Part shown: positions 63,931-64,000 of the stretch, piece after piece | Numbering within the stretch: position 1 is the first letter of the stretch | How the letters are laid out: every line of letters begins with the position of its first letter | Assembly (NCBI GenBank): GCA_944389515.1 | Contig: CALXMQ010000002.1 | Coordinates: 3,233 to 67,232 of the forward strand | Source: an uncultured Alphaproteobacteria bacterium | GTDB taxonomy: Bacteria; Pseudomonadota; Alphaproteobacteria; Rs-D84 | Direction of reading: 5' to 3' | DNA length: 64,000 bases | Position numbers and translations under genes: made by a program | The notes under the pieces: generated by a model | Told to the model about the DNA's origin: nothing | Seen by the model: only the letters and a program-made list of their open reading frames with translations | Database searches by the model: none

Positions 63931-64000
63931 CTGTGTAATAATTATTCTGCATTGGTCGATTACCAATGTGGGGTGTCAAAGCCTCGTACAAGTGCAAACT
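63931..64000 (+). repeat. Copy 2 of the roughly 65-nt repeated element (truncated by the window end)
   Basis: CTGTGTAATAATTATTCTGCATTGGTCGATTACCAATGTGGGGTGTCAAAGCC.. The 20-nt core 63957-63976 is identical to the reverse complement of 28310-28329. Inverted repeat CATTGG-N7-CCAATG at 63950-63968. Confidence 0.7.

Noticed and set aside
63925-63933. GCCCGGACT (reverse complement AGTCCGGGC) resembling the RNase P RNA CR-I core
   Set aside because: Only the 9-mer matches. The flanking GGAAAGUCC context and the other conserved RNase P blocks (GGUAAGGGUGAAA, ACAGAACCCGGCUUA) are absent on either strand.
28291-64000. Inverted ~65-nt repeats as the ends of a 35.6-kb transposon or genomic island
   Set aside because: The enclosed region is full of essential core genes (dnaX, lpxD, fabZ, rpoH, der, infB, nusA, lptD). 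There is no transposase or integrase, and both repeats sit in 5' leader positions.

Overview
AT-rich, gene-dense (about 90% coding) bacterial chromosome segment with short intergenic regions and many GC-rich hairpin terminators. The housekeeping genes point to a Gram-negative, probably alphaproteobacterial and host-associated (Rickettsiales/Holosporales-like) organism. Supporting marks are rpoH, a DUF4167-like protein, a Cys-less L31, yfgM-bamB-der synteny, an lptG-like-lptD-surA block and skp-lpxD-fabZ. Confidently recognised genes: valS, comF, murG, ftsW, mraY, mliC, a class A PBP, rpmE, uvrD/pcrA-like helicase, dnaQ, two pseudouridine synthases, dnaX, lpxD, fabZ, rsmE, virD4/traG, rpoH, der, infB, nusA, lptD, rlmN and a GT2 glycosyltransferase. 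Four accessory themes stand out. (1) At 18.4-25.0 kb there are five paralogous polytopic membrane proteins: four translationally coupled and one divergent. I read them as a VirB6/TrbL-like expansion, and an orphan VirD4 coupling protein lies at 45.7 kb. (2) At 33.7-37.6 kb an operon encodes three 400-470 aa proteins with prepilin-like N-termini (G|xxxxE/Q). A separate 152-aa type IV pilin-like gene sits directly behind dnaX, and no assembly machinery is in the window. (3) Three secreted cysteine-rich proteins (0.3-3.1 kb and 28.4-31.6 kb) share the same Cys-spacing modules. (4) Structured non-coding leaders with mutually exclusive helices precede an XRE regulator and the GT2 gene, and a roughly 65-nt element occurs twice in inverted orientation. 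Other observations: a SuhB-like protein that has lost its metal-binding motifs, an LRR plus kinase-like candidate effector, and several apparently leaderless gene starts. No rRNA, tRNA, CRISPR array or transposase was recognised. All family assignments come from motif recognition by eye; no searches were run.
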